NCBI RefSeq assembly: GCF_006345805.1
Contig: NW_021833280.1
Span: 12,035-76,034, forward strand
Length of the DNA: 64,000 nt
Source of the DNA: Octopus sinensis
Lineage: Eukaryota
Direction of reading: 5' to 3'
Part shown: one piece after another, positions 1 to 13,722 of the stretch
Position numbering within the stretch: position 1 is the first letter of the stretch
Layout: each line of letters starts with the position of its first letter
Notes under the pieces: model-generated
The model's database searches: none
What the model was told of the DNA's origin: nothing
The model's input: only the letters and a program-made list of their open reading frames with translations
Program-made: the position numbers and the translations under genes

Positions 1-449
1 TAGGGCTAAAATTCAGATTTACCCTGACATCACTAATCCTATTTAAAGTGTCTGCGTTGGTGAAGTTCGACTCCAAAACATGTTCCGGTTTCGATCTCAA
101 TGTCCGACCTGTGTCTTGGACATTGAATGTGTTTTGTGGATGACCGACTGAACCCATTGCATGGTCCCTTGCTGGCTCTTCAGTCTGGTCTCTAACAAGA
201 GGTTAACCTGATATCCAGACCGAGAAAATGCCCCACCACCATTAGAAACAGCTCATGACATGTTACCATTTCCCTATTCTTAAACTTACAGCTCAATGCA
301 TTTTTTTGTTATTTTGAAATTTCGTTACAAATTTTTCGATGAGTAACAAAAATTACCAGAAAATAAAAACTGAAAAAAAAAAGAAAATAGAAAACGAGGA
401 GGATCGTTTCATTGGCTGTTGGGGATAAAGCATAAAAAAAAACAGGAAA

Positions 450-506
450 CTATATTAAGAAAAGACTAAAAATAACAATAGCTGAAACCACCCCCACCAC
501 CACCAA

Positions 507-548
<42 letters not shown>

Positions 549-1070
549 CACCACCACCATCACCGCCGCCGCCACCACCACCACCATCACCACCACCATC
601 ACCACCACCACTACTACTACTACCACCACCACCACCACCACCACTACCACCGCTACCACCGCCACCACCACCATCACCACCACAAGCAACACTACTACTA
701 CTACTAGCATCATCGTTAAAGTTAAGACTGCCTCTACCACTCACACCACCACCATCAACGCCATCAACATAACCATGAACATTACCATCGAAACCGCTAC
801 CACCAACACCACCTCCACCGCCACTATCGCAACCAACACCAATACCCCAACAGTAACCATTCTACCAAAACAACTACCACCCACATTATTCTCTCCATAC
901 AAACACTATCCCCCTCACCACCACAATTTATTACCACTAATTCCCCCACCACCACAAAACACTACTACCACCACCAACACGATCACCATTACCACACCCA
1001 CCACCTTCTAATACCATTATCAAGCAGCTCCACAACCTATACCATCATCATCACCACCGCCAACAACAAC
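450..1070. repeat. Low-complexity (CAC/CTA/CAT)n trinucleotide tract
   Basis: Imperfect CAC/TAC runs; the poly-Val, poly-Gly and poly-Thr ORFs are translations of them. Confidence 0.9.
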
Positions 1071-1074
1071 AATA

Positions 1075-1423
1075 AGTGGAGGCGCAATGGCCCAGTCGGA
1101 GGATCGCGGTTTCGATTCCCAGACCGAGCGTTGTGAGTGTTTATTGAGCGAAAACACCTAAAGCTCCACGAGGCTCCGACAGGGGCTGGTGGTGACCCCT
1201 GTTGTACTCTTTTGCTCCAACTTTCTCTCACTCTTTCTTCCTGTTTCTTGTCCCCGACTTCCTACGCAACCGCTGAGCCTGGATGTTCATTCATCCATCC
1301 GTCGATGCTCTCGGTGTCTGATTTCTCTTCTGCGGGTCTTACGAATAGCAAAGGACCACGTTTCGGATTTCGCCCATCTTGCGAGCTCTAGGACGAAGAC
1401 CGTTCGCTCAACAGCGACAGCAA
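1075..1423 (+). mobile_element. tRNA-derived SINE, family C, copy 1
   Basis: Head TGGAGGCGCAATGGCCCAGT...GGTTTCGATTCCC (B-box-like), with part of the head deleted relative to copy 2. Colinear with 50356-50608. CAACAACAACAATA occurs on both flanks (1061-1074 and 1424-1437). Confidence 0.8.
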
Positions 1424-1444
1424 CAACAACAACAATACCAATAT

Positions 1445-1600
1445 GCAGGCGTGGCTGTATGGTAAGAAGTTTACTTCCTAAACACTCCTTCCGGGTTCAG
1501 TCAAACAACGTGGCACCTTGGGCAAGTTTCTTCTTCTATAGCCTCGAGTAGACCAAAGCCTTATTGAGTGGGACACGGAAACTGAAAGAAGCTCGTCGTG

Positions 1601-1656
<56 letters not shown>

Positions 1657-1850
1657 CCTACCGCTCCTTGATAACCTGTGCTGGTGTGTTTACGTTTCCG
1701 TAACTCAATGGTTCGGCAAAAGAAACCTATGGAATAAGTAATAGGCTTTTAAATGAAATAATTAATGGGTTTGATTAAGTCGATTGAAATTCTCCAAGCT
1801 GGTGCTTCAGCATGGCCGTAGCCAACCGACTGAAGTAAGTAAAATATAAA
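1445..1850 (+). mobile_element. tRNA-derived SINE, family A
   Basis: GGCGTGGCTGTATGGTAAG...CCGGGTTCAGTC head, internal (TA)n(TG)n, and a CAGCATGGCCG tail; homologous to 22230-22650. Confidence 0.85.
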
Positions 1851-2467
1851 AGAATTGCACCAGATGCACCAGAAACGCCGTCCTATGCACCACCATCACT
1901 AACAACTACTGCAACAGCAGCAGTAGTAGCAGCAGCAGCAAGAAGAGCAACAGGAATAAAGAACAGCGAAAGAAGTGACGAGGTGTTTTGGAAACAAAAA
2001 GCGAAGAACATAGAGGAAGTTAATTAAAATTGGTTGGCGATGTATGTGTGGAAGGAAGAATGATTCTGGAAGAACTGGGACAACAATAATGGCGCTATTC
2101 AAAACAACTTGACTCCTCCAGCGAGAAAATAAATACCAAGATATATAGAGCAGAGTGTTGAGAGAGAGAGAAGAGAGAAGAGAGATGATAGGAGAGAAAG
2201 AAGGTAGAGTTAGAGGGTGGTGGGCGTGGATACATCTGTTAGGCGGTCTCTGAGTGCGAGTGAAGCGCCGCCAGGAATTGATTGCGGCTGATTCAACAGA
2301 CATCAAAGGATTAGGATGACGATGTGTAAACAGCGGTTGTTGGAGCGTGCCAGGCCATCAGTTTTACACACTGCACTACATGCGGTTCTTACCCGCTGAG
2401 CCACAAGAAAACACCAAAAAAAAACCCCACGAACAACGTCGACGATATCGTCGTCTAAAAACAAAAA

Positions 2468-2543
<76 letters not shown>

Positions 2544-2577
2544 ATTCTACTACTACTACTACTACTACTACTACTAG
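2468..2577. repeat. (CTA)n microsatellite
   Basis: Near-perfect CTA array. Confidence 0.95.
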
Positions 2578-3346
2578 TGTAGCATCGATGATAGCAACCT
2601 CGTGTTATTACTGCTATCTCTAATACTATGAAACACCAAATGAATGCAAGACTATTTTTCAGTAACACACCCACCTCCACCACCACCACCCCCACCCCCG
2701 CCGCCAGCACCCCCACCAATATCAATAAGGTAAGACTAACACCATCCATCACCATCACCACCACCACCACCAATAACAACAACAACAATACTACTATCAC
2801 CATCGTCACCATCATCACCACCACGACAGCCCCGAGCAAAATCCACATCAACTTCCTGTAAAAATTTATCCACCCCACTTCGGCTCTGTTCCTATAACCT
2901 GGATAACCACCAATAGTATTGACTCAAATCAAAAGTTGAGGAATGTGTGCGGAAATAGGGTATAACCTCTATTTACGAACGCTTCTCATCACGAACAAAT
3001 TCGGATTACGAGAAATTTTCTGGTTATGAACGTGGCGACAAGCTGAGAGTATCTGCAGGAGGGCATCAGTTGCTGCCAGGTTTTGACTCAACGCATATCT
3101 TTGATCGAATTCGCTGTGCCTTCTTTTGAAATTCCAATGGGGAAAAGCGTTTTGGTTTACGAATATTTCAGGTTCTGAACAGCTTTCAGGAACGAATTAA
3201 ATTTCTATCCACTATGTATAAGTTTTGTTCCACTATGTAAGCTTTGCGAAAGACACAGGAAGTGTCTCAGTGCGCTATATGAAACTGTGAATGATTTACT
3301 GTTTACATTATTTACATTTGACGGATATTTGTCTTCATTTGTTGTT

Positions 3347-3392
3347 AACACAACGTTTCGGCTGATATACCCTCCAGCCTTCATCAGGTGTC
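3347..3392 (-). ncRNA. Minimal type-I hammerhead ribozyme motif (Penelope-like)
   Basis: Minus strand: GACAC-CUGAUGA-A-GGCUG(GAGGGUAUAU)CAGCC-GAAAC-GUU-GUGUU. Intact core; stems I and II pair; palindromic AACGUU stem III. Confidence 0.7.
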
Positions 3393-3428
3393 TTGGGGAA
3401 ATTACACTTTCACGTGCAAGTGCACATA

Positions 3429-3459
<31 letters not shown>

Positions 3460-3774
3460 CATATGACACAACTCACAGGTAATTAGCTACATCTCTTTAC
3501 ATACGTAACGAGTTCAAATCTCCTTGAGACTGAAATTGAAGTCTACCCTTTCAGCTTTAGATAAAATAAAAGTACCTGTTATATAATGGGAATCAGTTTA
3601 ATCAGCTACACTCATACCTCACAAAATGTGTGATTTTGCGCCAATGTTGGAAATGTTAGAAATTATCACAGATTGGCAGAAACGAAACAGAGTCTAGAGT
3701 CTATTGTCTTCCGGGTTCAAATCCTGTTGAGGTCTTGTATGCATGCCGTGCCATTGGCAGAATCTCTGAGATAA

Positions 3775-3808
<34 letters not shown>

Positions 3809-4599
3809 AAGTGTACTATGTGTGTATGTGCAGGAAATGATGACTTATGAATCGGTTCGTCGTTACTCAACAGTATTTCAGAGAGTAACTTAACTGCTTC
3901 TACTGTGCTTAGGCTGTTTCCAGAAGCAAGTGCTGAGCCTCCAAGCATAATTATAAACCTCTCCACTCATAGATACACCAAGGAGAAAAAACAAGTCAAT
4001 ACGCTCAAAGTATCAATGGAATTTCAACAAAAGCCAGATATTGGTTAGGTTTATCCATACATATCTGCCTGAGGGCCCTTCTCTTCGATTTTACTGGACT
4101 AAGGAGTTCATTTCCTTAGCCCTTTTAAACTCAACGGAATTAACTTCGTTCAGATGATCAGCTAAAGACATGAATACCCTCAATTGCCCTTCGTCTTCCG
4201 GGGGCAATTTCCTGGGACTCTAACAGGCGCTACGACTCCAGATCAGAGCAGACTTAGATGTAATAGAGGCCAAGAGGTGACTCATGCTCCTCAAAATCCT
4301 GGGAGTGGCACTTCCGAATCTGGGCCCCACTACTGGATACAGTTTAGAGTCACATCTCAGTCCAATTTATGAATTACTACAGTAAGGATCAATCAAACAT
4401 CGTATTGACTTATCCTCAAATCTTTGATTTGGCTCAAACCTTTGCAAGAACATACTAAATTCAGCTGAAGACTCATAAGGACCATGAGGTGGTGGTTGTG
4501 AATAGAACCACAATGTGGAACTCAGTGAAACCTGGTGGTATTAGACAAGGTGAGAGATTATGCCTGTCACCTAAGAACAAGGTCCCTACAACGGGATTC

Positions 4600-4745
4600 C
4601 ACTCATATTCTGTCAATTGAATTTTGATCGCAAGGCTTTGGTCGACCCAGTTTCAGGTAAAAGAGTATTCCTGCCACATGGTGGAATCGAACCAGAGACT
4701 ATGAAGATGTGAAAGAAAATTCTTAACCACAAAGCCACGACTCCA
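4600..4745 (-). mobile_element. Diverged SINE-A 5' fragment
   Basis: GGCTTTGGTCGACCC...GAATCGAACC...AACCACAAAGCCACG matches the reverse complement of the SINE-A head. Confidence 0.55.
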
Positions 4746-5171
4746 GTAGGCTTACCCTATATAAGAGTGTTTAGTTTACGTGCATTGGGTGCCTTTCAGA
4801 TATGGAAGTATATATGTTTGGGGTTCAATCCCCCCACGGAGCGAAATGATGAATGTCTAGTATTTAGGACTTACATCTAGTAACTAAAATTGGCGAAGGG
4901 CGTGGATGCCCGAAGGGGTATCTGTGTGTATGTGTGTGTGTGTATACAGAAGGGGCGATTCCTGATATTTAAACCAAATCATGCCGTTTTAAAAACAAAA
5001 GCCATATAATTGAATTAGAGTACATGTAGCAGACGTACTCGCCCTGCAGTTGGTTCTCATGAAAATGAAAGACTCTATTAAAATGTTATTTGATATTGGC
5101 ATGTACTTATGTAATATGTTAGGTATGCACTGACTAACTTGTATACGAGAAGAAAAGGTACTGATATATTG

Positions 5172-5231
<60 letters not shown>

Positions 5232-5383
5232 AGATATATATATAGATAGATATAGATATATATGTATATAAGGTATGTAAACAGTAAGTCAAAGATTTAT
5301 CTCATAAAAATGTTACATGTAGTGAACATCGTCTAGACATTTGCGCAAATGGATAAATGGATAATTCAAAATATTTCCTGATG

Positions 5384-5430
<47 letters not shown>

Positions 5431-5442
5431 ATATATATACCG

Positions 5443-5504
<62 letters not shown>

Positions 5505-5612
5505 TATATATACATATATACATACACACAGACATACATATATATATATATACATATATACATATTTACTTACACACACACACATATATATATATACATA
5601 CACACGTGTGTA

Positions 5613-5653
<41 letters not shown>

Positions 5654-6479
5654 ATGCAGATATGTATGTCATTATTCGGTTTTATTTCAAGATCTCTTGC
5701 CAAATAGAGTTGAATTCTAACCTAGATCCAAGCTTCCTTCATTGGAATTTCAACATCAACAACAGTACTTTTGTATGTACTTATGTATGTATGTATGTAT
5801 ATATGCATGTATGTATGTATGTATGTATGTATGTATGTATGCATGTATATATGTATGCATGTATGAACGTATGTATGTATGTATGCATGTACGTATGCAT
5901 TAGTATATCCGTATTGTCAAAAATGCCAACAGTTTTATTAAAAATTAAAAAAGAGCACATTAAAATAATGCGAGAAACCGTTGGTAAATATCAGCAACCG
6001 AGTAAATACGTGTACGTACACCAACTTAATGCACTTCAACACTTTGTTATGGTTTAACGTCTCAGTTTAAAATATCGTCCGTGTGATATACGAAATACCC
6101 ACTTTTCCATGTTCATATAAATCAAAAAGATTTCATGCATACGGATGGTCATTCTCGTGGAATATTTCCCCATCCCCGGACATTATTACTTGGAAGATGG
6201 GAAACGAAAGAACCATTTTGCAGGATAGTGAAAAATTGTTGCTCGATGCCAAGGCAAGGAGACAGTAAATCAGACAAATGAATATACACACGCACACATG
6301 CGCAAACACACGCGCGCGCCGTGCTGCATGGTTGGTGTAACCATGATGTTTCGGTGATCTGATGAGCTAGCTTTCTTTGTTTGCATTGAGTTGTGAATAT
6401 AAAACTGTAATGTATGATGCCGAGCATACATATCAATGTATACACGTAGGCAAATATCTATGAAGGATAACAATTAGTT

Positions 6480-6680
6480 AAATATATAGGGAGAGTTTAC
6501 GAAAAAAGCAAAAGACGAAGACAGGTGGTGTACAAAACAAACAGATGTATTGGTATAACGCTTAGGAATAGAAAAAGTCTTTTACGTTTCGAGCTTACGC
6601 TCTTCTACAGAAAGAGACACAGAAAAAAACAAAAACAAGGAGAGAAAAAAATGTGTGTAGTGGCTATCTTGTCATCTCTT
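6480..6680 (-). mobile_element. ~200-bp hammerhead-bearing repeat unit (motif at 6578-6615)
   Basis: Reverse complement of 35560-35790. Motif UCUUU-CUGUAGA-A-GAGC(GUAA)GCUC-GAAAC-GUA-AAAGA. Confidence 0.7.
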
Positions 6681-6745
6681 ATAAATTCGGATTTTTGTAG
6701 TTCATATATACAAATATTTACGTACACATAGACACACACACACAT

Positions 6746-6905
6746 ATGACGGGCTCCTTTCAGTTTCCGTCTAGTAAATCCACTCACAAAGCTTTGGTCG
6801 GCCCGAGGATATAGTAGAAGACACTTGCCCAAGGTGCCATGCGGAGGGACTGAACCCGGAACCATGTAGCTGGGAAGCAAGCTTTTTGGGACACATCCAC
6901 ACCTG
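6746..6905 (-). mobile_element. SINE-A 5' half
   Basis: Reverse complement of the SINE-A head and body up to the internal microsatellite. Confidence 0.8.
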
Positions 6906-6981
6906 TGTCTCTCTCTTCGCTCCTTTACGCTACATGGGCTCAACTGGAATCCTCATCGTCGCAACCGACAGAGTGCTACAC

Positions 6982-7041
<60 letters not shown>

Positions 7042-7379
7042 GTATGTGCGTATGCATATGTGTATATGTGTATGTATGCGTGCACGCCTATACGCATGTA
7101 TGTATGTATATATCTATATATGTATTATGTACGTATATATACACGTATGTAAGCGTATATACGTTTCCAAAGAGTCTTGGCATGCTTTTGGCAGGGAATT
7201 TGAGGCATAACTAAAAATGCAATTCGTTAAACCGCACGTGTTATTGACGCTAGTGTTGGTCTAATAAATTGTATTGAAGACAAACCTCTGCTAATGATTT
7301 ATAGATGTTTATGTAAGTAAAATTACATATTACATTAGTAATGAAACAATTTGTTCAGGGTCAATCTATTTATTCCTTA

Positions 7380-7500
7380 TATTTCACTTTCCTTCCGTTA
7401 AATGTATGTTATTTCTAATTGGAAACATCTTTTTCTGTGGTTATACTATCGGAGCTATTCTTAGCACTAGAGCTATCCACATAGTGGTTAACTCTCTAAT
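7380..7500 (-). repeat. Single-arm relative of the 55273-55497 palindrome
   Basis: Reverse complement ATTAGAGAGTTAACCACTATG...TGCTAAGAATAGCTCCGATA...ACCAC...ATGTTTCCAAT is colinear with the left arm at 55273. Confidence 0.55.
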
Positions 7501-7504
7501 AATT

Positions 7505-7535
<31 letters not shown>

Positions 7536-7764
7536 GTTCCTCTCACCACCGTCTAACAGTGATTGGATACAATGTCTCCGATACATACATGTAAATATAA
7601 CCCTACGTATACATATATACACGCACGCACAATCATATAAATACGTATACACACTCACATATATAAAGGATAATCTTAAGGTATACGCATATACGCTTAT
7701 CCTTCTACACATATATACGTCACTAACGACGATTAAAATTCAAAAATTTTTATTTTACATATAC

Positions 7765-7857
<93 letters not shown>

Positions 7858-7873
7858 ATAATATACATATATA

Positions 7874-8050
7874 TTTCTTTATTGCCCACAAGGGGCTAAA
7901 CACAGAGGGAGCAAACAAGGACAGACAAACGGATTAAGTCGATTATATCGACCCCAGTGCGTAACTGGTACCTAATTTATCGACCCCGAAAGGATGAAAG
8001 GCAAAGTCAACCTCGGCGTGCTAACGTTTCTGCCAGCTCCCCCCCTTATA
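7874..8050 (-). mobile_element. SINE-B, internally deleted, in a (TA)n tract
   Basis: Tail and GGTCGATAAATTAGGTACCAG body match 24941-25172. Confidence 0.85.
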
Positions 8051-8289
8051 ATATATACATATATATACACACATACTCATACGGGTATGCATGTACACAC
8101 TCAAACACACACCTATACTCACACAATACATACACACACACACACGCTAAAATACACATGCATCTACACATACGTACATACATACCTATGTACACTCATA
8201 CGATTATATATAATTACATATATGTATTTCAGTATCATGCATCTCAATGTGTACGTATGGATTTCTACGCGTAAATGAGAGAAAGGGGT

Positions 8290-8541
8290 GATTATAGATG
8301 GGTACTCCCGAGTGGAATCTGGGTGTTACCCCATTCGGATTTACGGTTGAGGGTGAATTTATATTCCTGCATAGATTTGGTGCATGAGGGAGTTTGATGC
8401 CGCTGCTCTCATCTGCACTTCCTGCTCTGAAGCTGGTTCATCTGGGACACTTCGTAGTAAGAGGTCCAGTATCATTTTGAAAACAACTGCATCCACCCCA
8501 TGCAGGTCTCTCAAGTCCTTCGGGAGGATACTGAAGAGCTG
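8290..8541 (-). mobile_element. 3'-terminal fragment of a CR1-like LINE
   Basis: Encodes [22 protein letters not shown]...[16 protein letters not shown], homologous to the C-terminus of the 883-aa ORF at 58692-61343; the 3' UTR differs. Confidence 0.85.
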
Positions 8542-8772
8542 TGTATATTTATATGCATGTATATTATACACACGCACACGCATATATATATATCCATGTA
8601 TATATATGTATATACATGTGTATATATATCTCCATGTATATATATGTATATACATGTATATATATATCTCCATGTATATATATGTATATACATGTGTATA
8701 TATATGTATGTATATATATATATACATACAATTATATATATATATACAATTAATTATATATATATACCATTA

Positions 8773-8833
<61 letters not shown>

Positions 8834-9052
8834 TATATATAGGTGTGTGTGTGTCTGCAGCATGGAATTTTGTCAGTGAAAAGATCGCGGTCTCTAAGCG
8901 ACGAAAATATTTCGAAAAATAAATTTAAATGTGAGTTAATCTAACGGTCTTTTGTGTGTTTTTGAATGGCTTATAAACACCTTCCACGCTGCAAATGGTT
9001 TTCGTTACATGATCTCAGATCATGTCACTTGCTTTGCAAGTACACCTCCGTA

Positions 9053-9147
<95 letters not shown>

Positions 9148-9149
9148 AT

Positions 9150-10020
9150 ATATTGTTATATTTCGGAATGGTCATTTTGTCAGTTTAGCCAATAAAAACA
9201 CACCACTATATATTTGGTGTAATTTGCTTCAGTGTTATTTATTTTTTACATTAATCTTAATCTTATTTCGTCCAGAGTTCTTTCATCACACTCCTGTGAC
9301 CCCATCAGTGGTCCTTTGTTTTCTTCTTTCTTATTTGTGTCTCCCCTTACTAACCGTCAGCCATTTTGTATTTCTATTGTATGTCTTCTTTTGCGCATGC
9401 TTATATCTCTATGTGCGTCTATGTTTATTTAGTAAGTGTGTGTGGGGGGATGCCTGTGATATTTGTATTTTCTGTTTATATACGTTCATATAATTTGTTT
9501 TTGTTGTTGTTGTTTTTGTTTATTCTTATCTTGTTCATGTGTTTACATCCACTTATTATTATCATTACATATGCTTGTATGTATGTATAACAACAATACT
9601 AGTAATAATAATGATAAATCGGAAAAAATAATAATATAGTTATTTATTTCTATTTGTTTATTTATCTGTGTATTTATTATGTTTTCGGGATCCTCTACCG
9701 TCATATGTTGTGGTGTGTGCTAGTGTTCCATTCTAGTTTTCTATTCAGGCTAGGTTTATTTTCTATTATGTGTCCACACATAGAACAGATGAAACAATCA
9801 GACAAATTACAAAAGATACACATATAAGAGACAAATAAGAAAGAAGAAAACAAAGGACCACTGATGCGGTCACAGGAGTGTGACGAAAGAACTCTGGCCG
9901 AAATAAGATTAAGATTAATGTAAAAATAAATAACACTGAAGCAAGTAGTAACACCAAAATATAGTGCGTGTGTTTTTTTGGCTAAACTGGCAAAATGACC
10001 ATTCCGAAATATAACAATAT
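9150..10020. mobile_element. Inverted pair of ~190-bp hammerhead-bearing units (Penelope pLTR-like)
   Basis: 9150-9338 is the reverse complement of 9831-10020 with roughly 90% identity by eye; motifs at 9270-9314 (-) and 9855-9899 (+). Confidence 0.75.
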
Positions 10021-10073
10021 CTGTTTCAACACACGACTTCACATAAAAATCTTGCACAACTAATATATAAACT

Positions 10074-10187
<114 letters not shown>

Positions 10188-10213
10188 GTATATATATATA
10201 TATATATATATAC

Positions 10214-10950
10214 CATAAGGGACATTAGCCATTTGAATGTGGCTAGGGACAGGGCAGGGTGGTGGGTGTTACTGATGCATTTAGCTCCAGGTGATCATCA
10301 ACGTCACCAGATAGGCTGATACCATCACGGTGTCCTCTATCCTGCAAAGGGAGATCATTCCCCGAAGAAGCGGATGCCACATACGGACCAAGTTTCAAGG
10401 TATTTGCCTATCATCAACGTATGGCAGGCACCGCTCCTCGACGAACAACTTCCTATGCAGGATATTTATATATAGATTTTCACGTAAATACATTTACTGA
10501 TTTCGAAAATCTGTTCGACAGCAATAATAATTCTCTAAACGAGATATAGACAGTAACTGCTCCATAACATAAGGGACATTAGCCATTTGAATGTGGCTAG
10601 GGACAGGGCAGGGCGGTGGGGGTGTTACTGATGCATTTAGCCCCAGGCGATCATCAACGTCACCAGATAGGCTGACACCATCACGGTGTCCCCATACGTT
10701 GATGATAGGCAAATACCTTGAAACCTGGGTCCGTATGTGGCATCCGCTTCTTCGGGGAATGATCTCCCTTTGCAGGATAGAGGACACCGTGATGGTGTAG
10801 CCTATCTGGTGACGTTGATGATCGCCTGGGGCTAAATGCATCAGTAACACCCCCACCGCCCTGGCCTGTCCCTAGCCACATTCAAATGGCTAATGTCCCT
10901 TATGTTATGGAGCAGTTACTGTCTATATCTCGTTTAGAGAATTATTATTG

Positions 10951-10952
<2 letters not shown>
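10214..10952. repeat. Foldback inverted duplication plus an upstream direct copy
   Basis: Arms 10520-10691 and 10782-10952 are near-identical inverted repeats around a 90-nt loop; 10214-10425 is a direct copy covering arm and loop sequence. Confidence 0.9.
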
Positions 10953-10994
<42 letters not shown>

Positions 10995-11001
10995 GCATAT
11001 A

Positions 11002-11362
11002 TTCTTTTATTTGTTTGTCATTTGACTGTCGCCATGCTAAAGCACTGCCTTTAGTTGAGCAAATCGACCCCACGACTTATTCTTTGTAAGCCCAGTACTT
11101 ATTCTACAGGTGTCTCTTGCCGAACCGCTAAGTTATGGGAACGTAAACACATCAGCATCTGTTGTTAACGGATGTTGGGCGAGGGGGGCAAACACAGATA
11201 TACAAACATCTATATACATATATACGATGGGCTTTTTCAGTTTCCGTCTACCAAATCCACTCACAAGTCTTTGGTCGGCCCGAGGCTATATTAGAAGACA
11301 CATGCCCAAGGTGTCACGCAGTGGGACTGAACCCGTAACCATGTAGTTGGTAAGCAAGCTAC
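11002..11362 (-). mobile_element. SINE-A
   Basis: Tail (GTCATTTGACTG...CCATGC), body and most of the head, reverse complement. Confidence 0.85.
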
Positions 11363-11830
11363 AATATAAATCCCGCTCTGTGTGTGTATATGTGTGTGTG
11401 TATGTGGAAACGATTATAACGGCCATATTTTTCAAATGATTTTCTCCAAACTGGGGACATACATTACTTATGTTCCAGTGATGGTTTTAGATTCTTAAAA
11501 TTTTTCACATACTGAGTAACGGGTTCCCCGGATGCAGAAAACACACGTTCCTGGGTTGTGTGGAGAAACGCAGTAACTCTATGCGAAGAAACTTTCGGAA
11601 ATTGCTTGTCTGTCTTACATTCATTGGTCATAAAAAAGATTGTTTTTATGTTAGATTCACGTCTTTGAAAGTTTTTTAAAATATTTACTTCCAGTTTTTT
11701 AGCGTCAGTTACGTCTATATCTTTCTGTCTATATCTCTCTATCCATCTCTATATCTATATCTATCTCTCTTATCCTGCCATCATATCTAACTATCTATAT
11801 CTATCTTATATGTCTCTCTCTCTCTCTTTG

Positions 11831-12137
<307 letters not shown>

Positions 12138-12674
12138 TATAATATTTTACTATAAAAAATTGATTCAATCCTAAATCTGATTTTTCCCTGTAAATTTGGA
12201 TTTATTCCCTATATTTATTATATATATATATATATATATATCACTCACTCTCTATTGTTTTCATTTACATTTTTCAGACGCTATTATTTTCATTTTAAGT
12301 TAAATCTCTATTTTTTTCACTTTAAGTTTCTAATCGCTATTTACAAACACCAACGACAAATTACTGACTGAAAGAAGTTCACAATTACTGATGAATGTAA
12401 TTTCATACATAATTTCCTGACACACGTAACTTCAAAAAATTCACTTAAATCCTTGGACTTAGTTAATTTCCCTAAAGATTTTTATTTACTTTTGCAACGG
12501 TTTTGTGCTTTTCTGTTGTTAGCGGCTTTTTTCTGCTTCCTTCGATACTGGCTCTTTGGTTCACTGGCAAATTTCGCTTCAGCCCGTACAATTCTTTATT
12601 TTCCGTAAAAATTTCTTATTTACTTTCTACCCGTCTTATTAAGAAATATAATTTCCCTTACCCAGTTATTTTCA

Positions 12675-13330
12675 TTGTTGACTATCTTCTGCATCCGTGT
12701 ATTCCTGTATACGCTTATAACCATGCCTAAAAAGAAAGTGTCAAATTTGTCTACAATATCAAGGCGAGCCAAAAGAATGTCTCTGTCCAGGGAAAGAGAG
12801 ACAGCTGCAGAAAGAGAAGCATATCAAGAAACGAAGAGACTGTGCACTACAAAAGTCAGAGCATCTCAAAGGGATGAACAGAGGTATGCATCACTGTCAA
12901 GGAATAGGACCTCCACTGCAGAACGAAGAGCAGTTGCAACAGTTCAGGGAAGCAACTTCTATGAAGCAGCTTTCAATTATGATCCAGCAGTTCATTATGC
13001 AGAGGGCACTAGAATTTCCATTGGTGCAATGACAACTGAGTCCAAACCTTGTAAGGGAGGAAGTGACCTTGAGAGACACCTGCAATGTGTTGCGGTGGTG
13101 GAAAGATTAAACTTCCAGCAATTCCCCAACCTCCAAAGCCATTGAAGAAACTGTTGTCATCAACTGACCAATATTGCAAGCCCTTCCAAATCAAAATTAG
13201 ACAATACAACACTGCACTACAGATGACATCATTTGGAGCCACAAGAGATTTAACTGAGCCAGGATTCATGCAAACTTTCAAGAACCAAGGTCAGATTTAT
13301 CATCAGATTGGCTCTCTACTCTGTCAAATG
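12675..13330 (+). pseudogene. Helitron RepHel N-terminal fragment (frameshifted)
   Basis: Motifs AAFNYD, CCGGGKIKLP..PQPPKPLKKLL and IRQYNTALQMTSFGA...QTFKNQGQIYHQIGSL are typical of the region preceding the Rep domain; no Rep or helicase motifs follow. Confidence 0.8.
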
Positions 13331-13639
13331 AATCACCAAAATCAGTCTATCATTGTTTATAATCTCTACCTGTCTTTTTAGTTATGAAACAAGCTGCACA
13401 AAACGTGCTTTTGAATTGCGTGAATTTACTTTATATACATATATGAGTTGAAAACTTTCTTTTAACACTTCATTTATTTTCTATGTTCCATACTGGCATG
13501 GGTTGGAGAATTATTAATGTAGAAATTTGGTATCTCATCTACTAGCTGTTGAGAACTGCGTAATCTAGACGGCGTTTTTCAATTTCATTATTCTCTTTAA
13601 CCTTTTCAGTAGTTTTGGAAAGACGAAACGAAACTTTTA

Positions 13640-13722
13640 GTAAAATAAAGAAGGAAATAAGTGGAAATTTTACCGGTAGGTCTGTTAAATTTTAAGGCAC
13701 TAAAAGAGAATGACTCTCCCCA
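13640..13722 (+). repeat. Dispersed repeat fragment (second copy ~16050-16130)
   Basis: Shared AAGTGGAAATTTTACC...AAAAG...AATGACTCTCCCCAG. Confidence 0.6.

Noticed and set aside
2280-2335. TCF/LEF-like ACATCAAAGG (2300-2309) and forkhead-like TGTAAACA (2325-2332); also TGACGTCA at 51728-51735
   Set aside because: Short motifs expected by chance in 64 kb; no conservation or chromatin data to support an enhancer.
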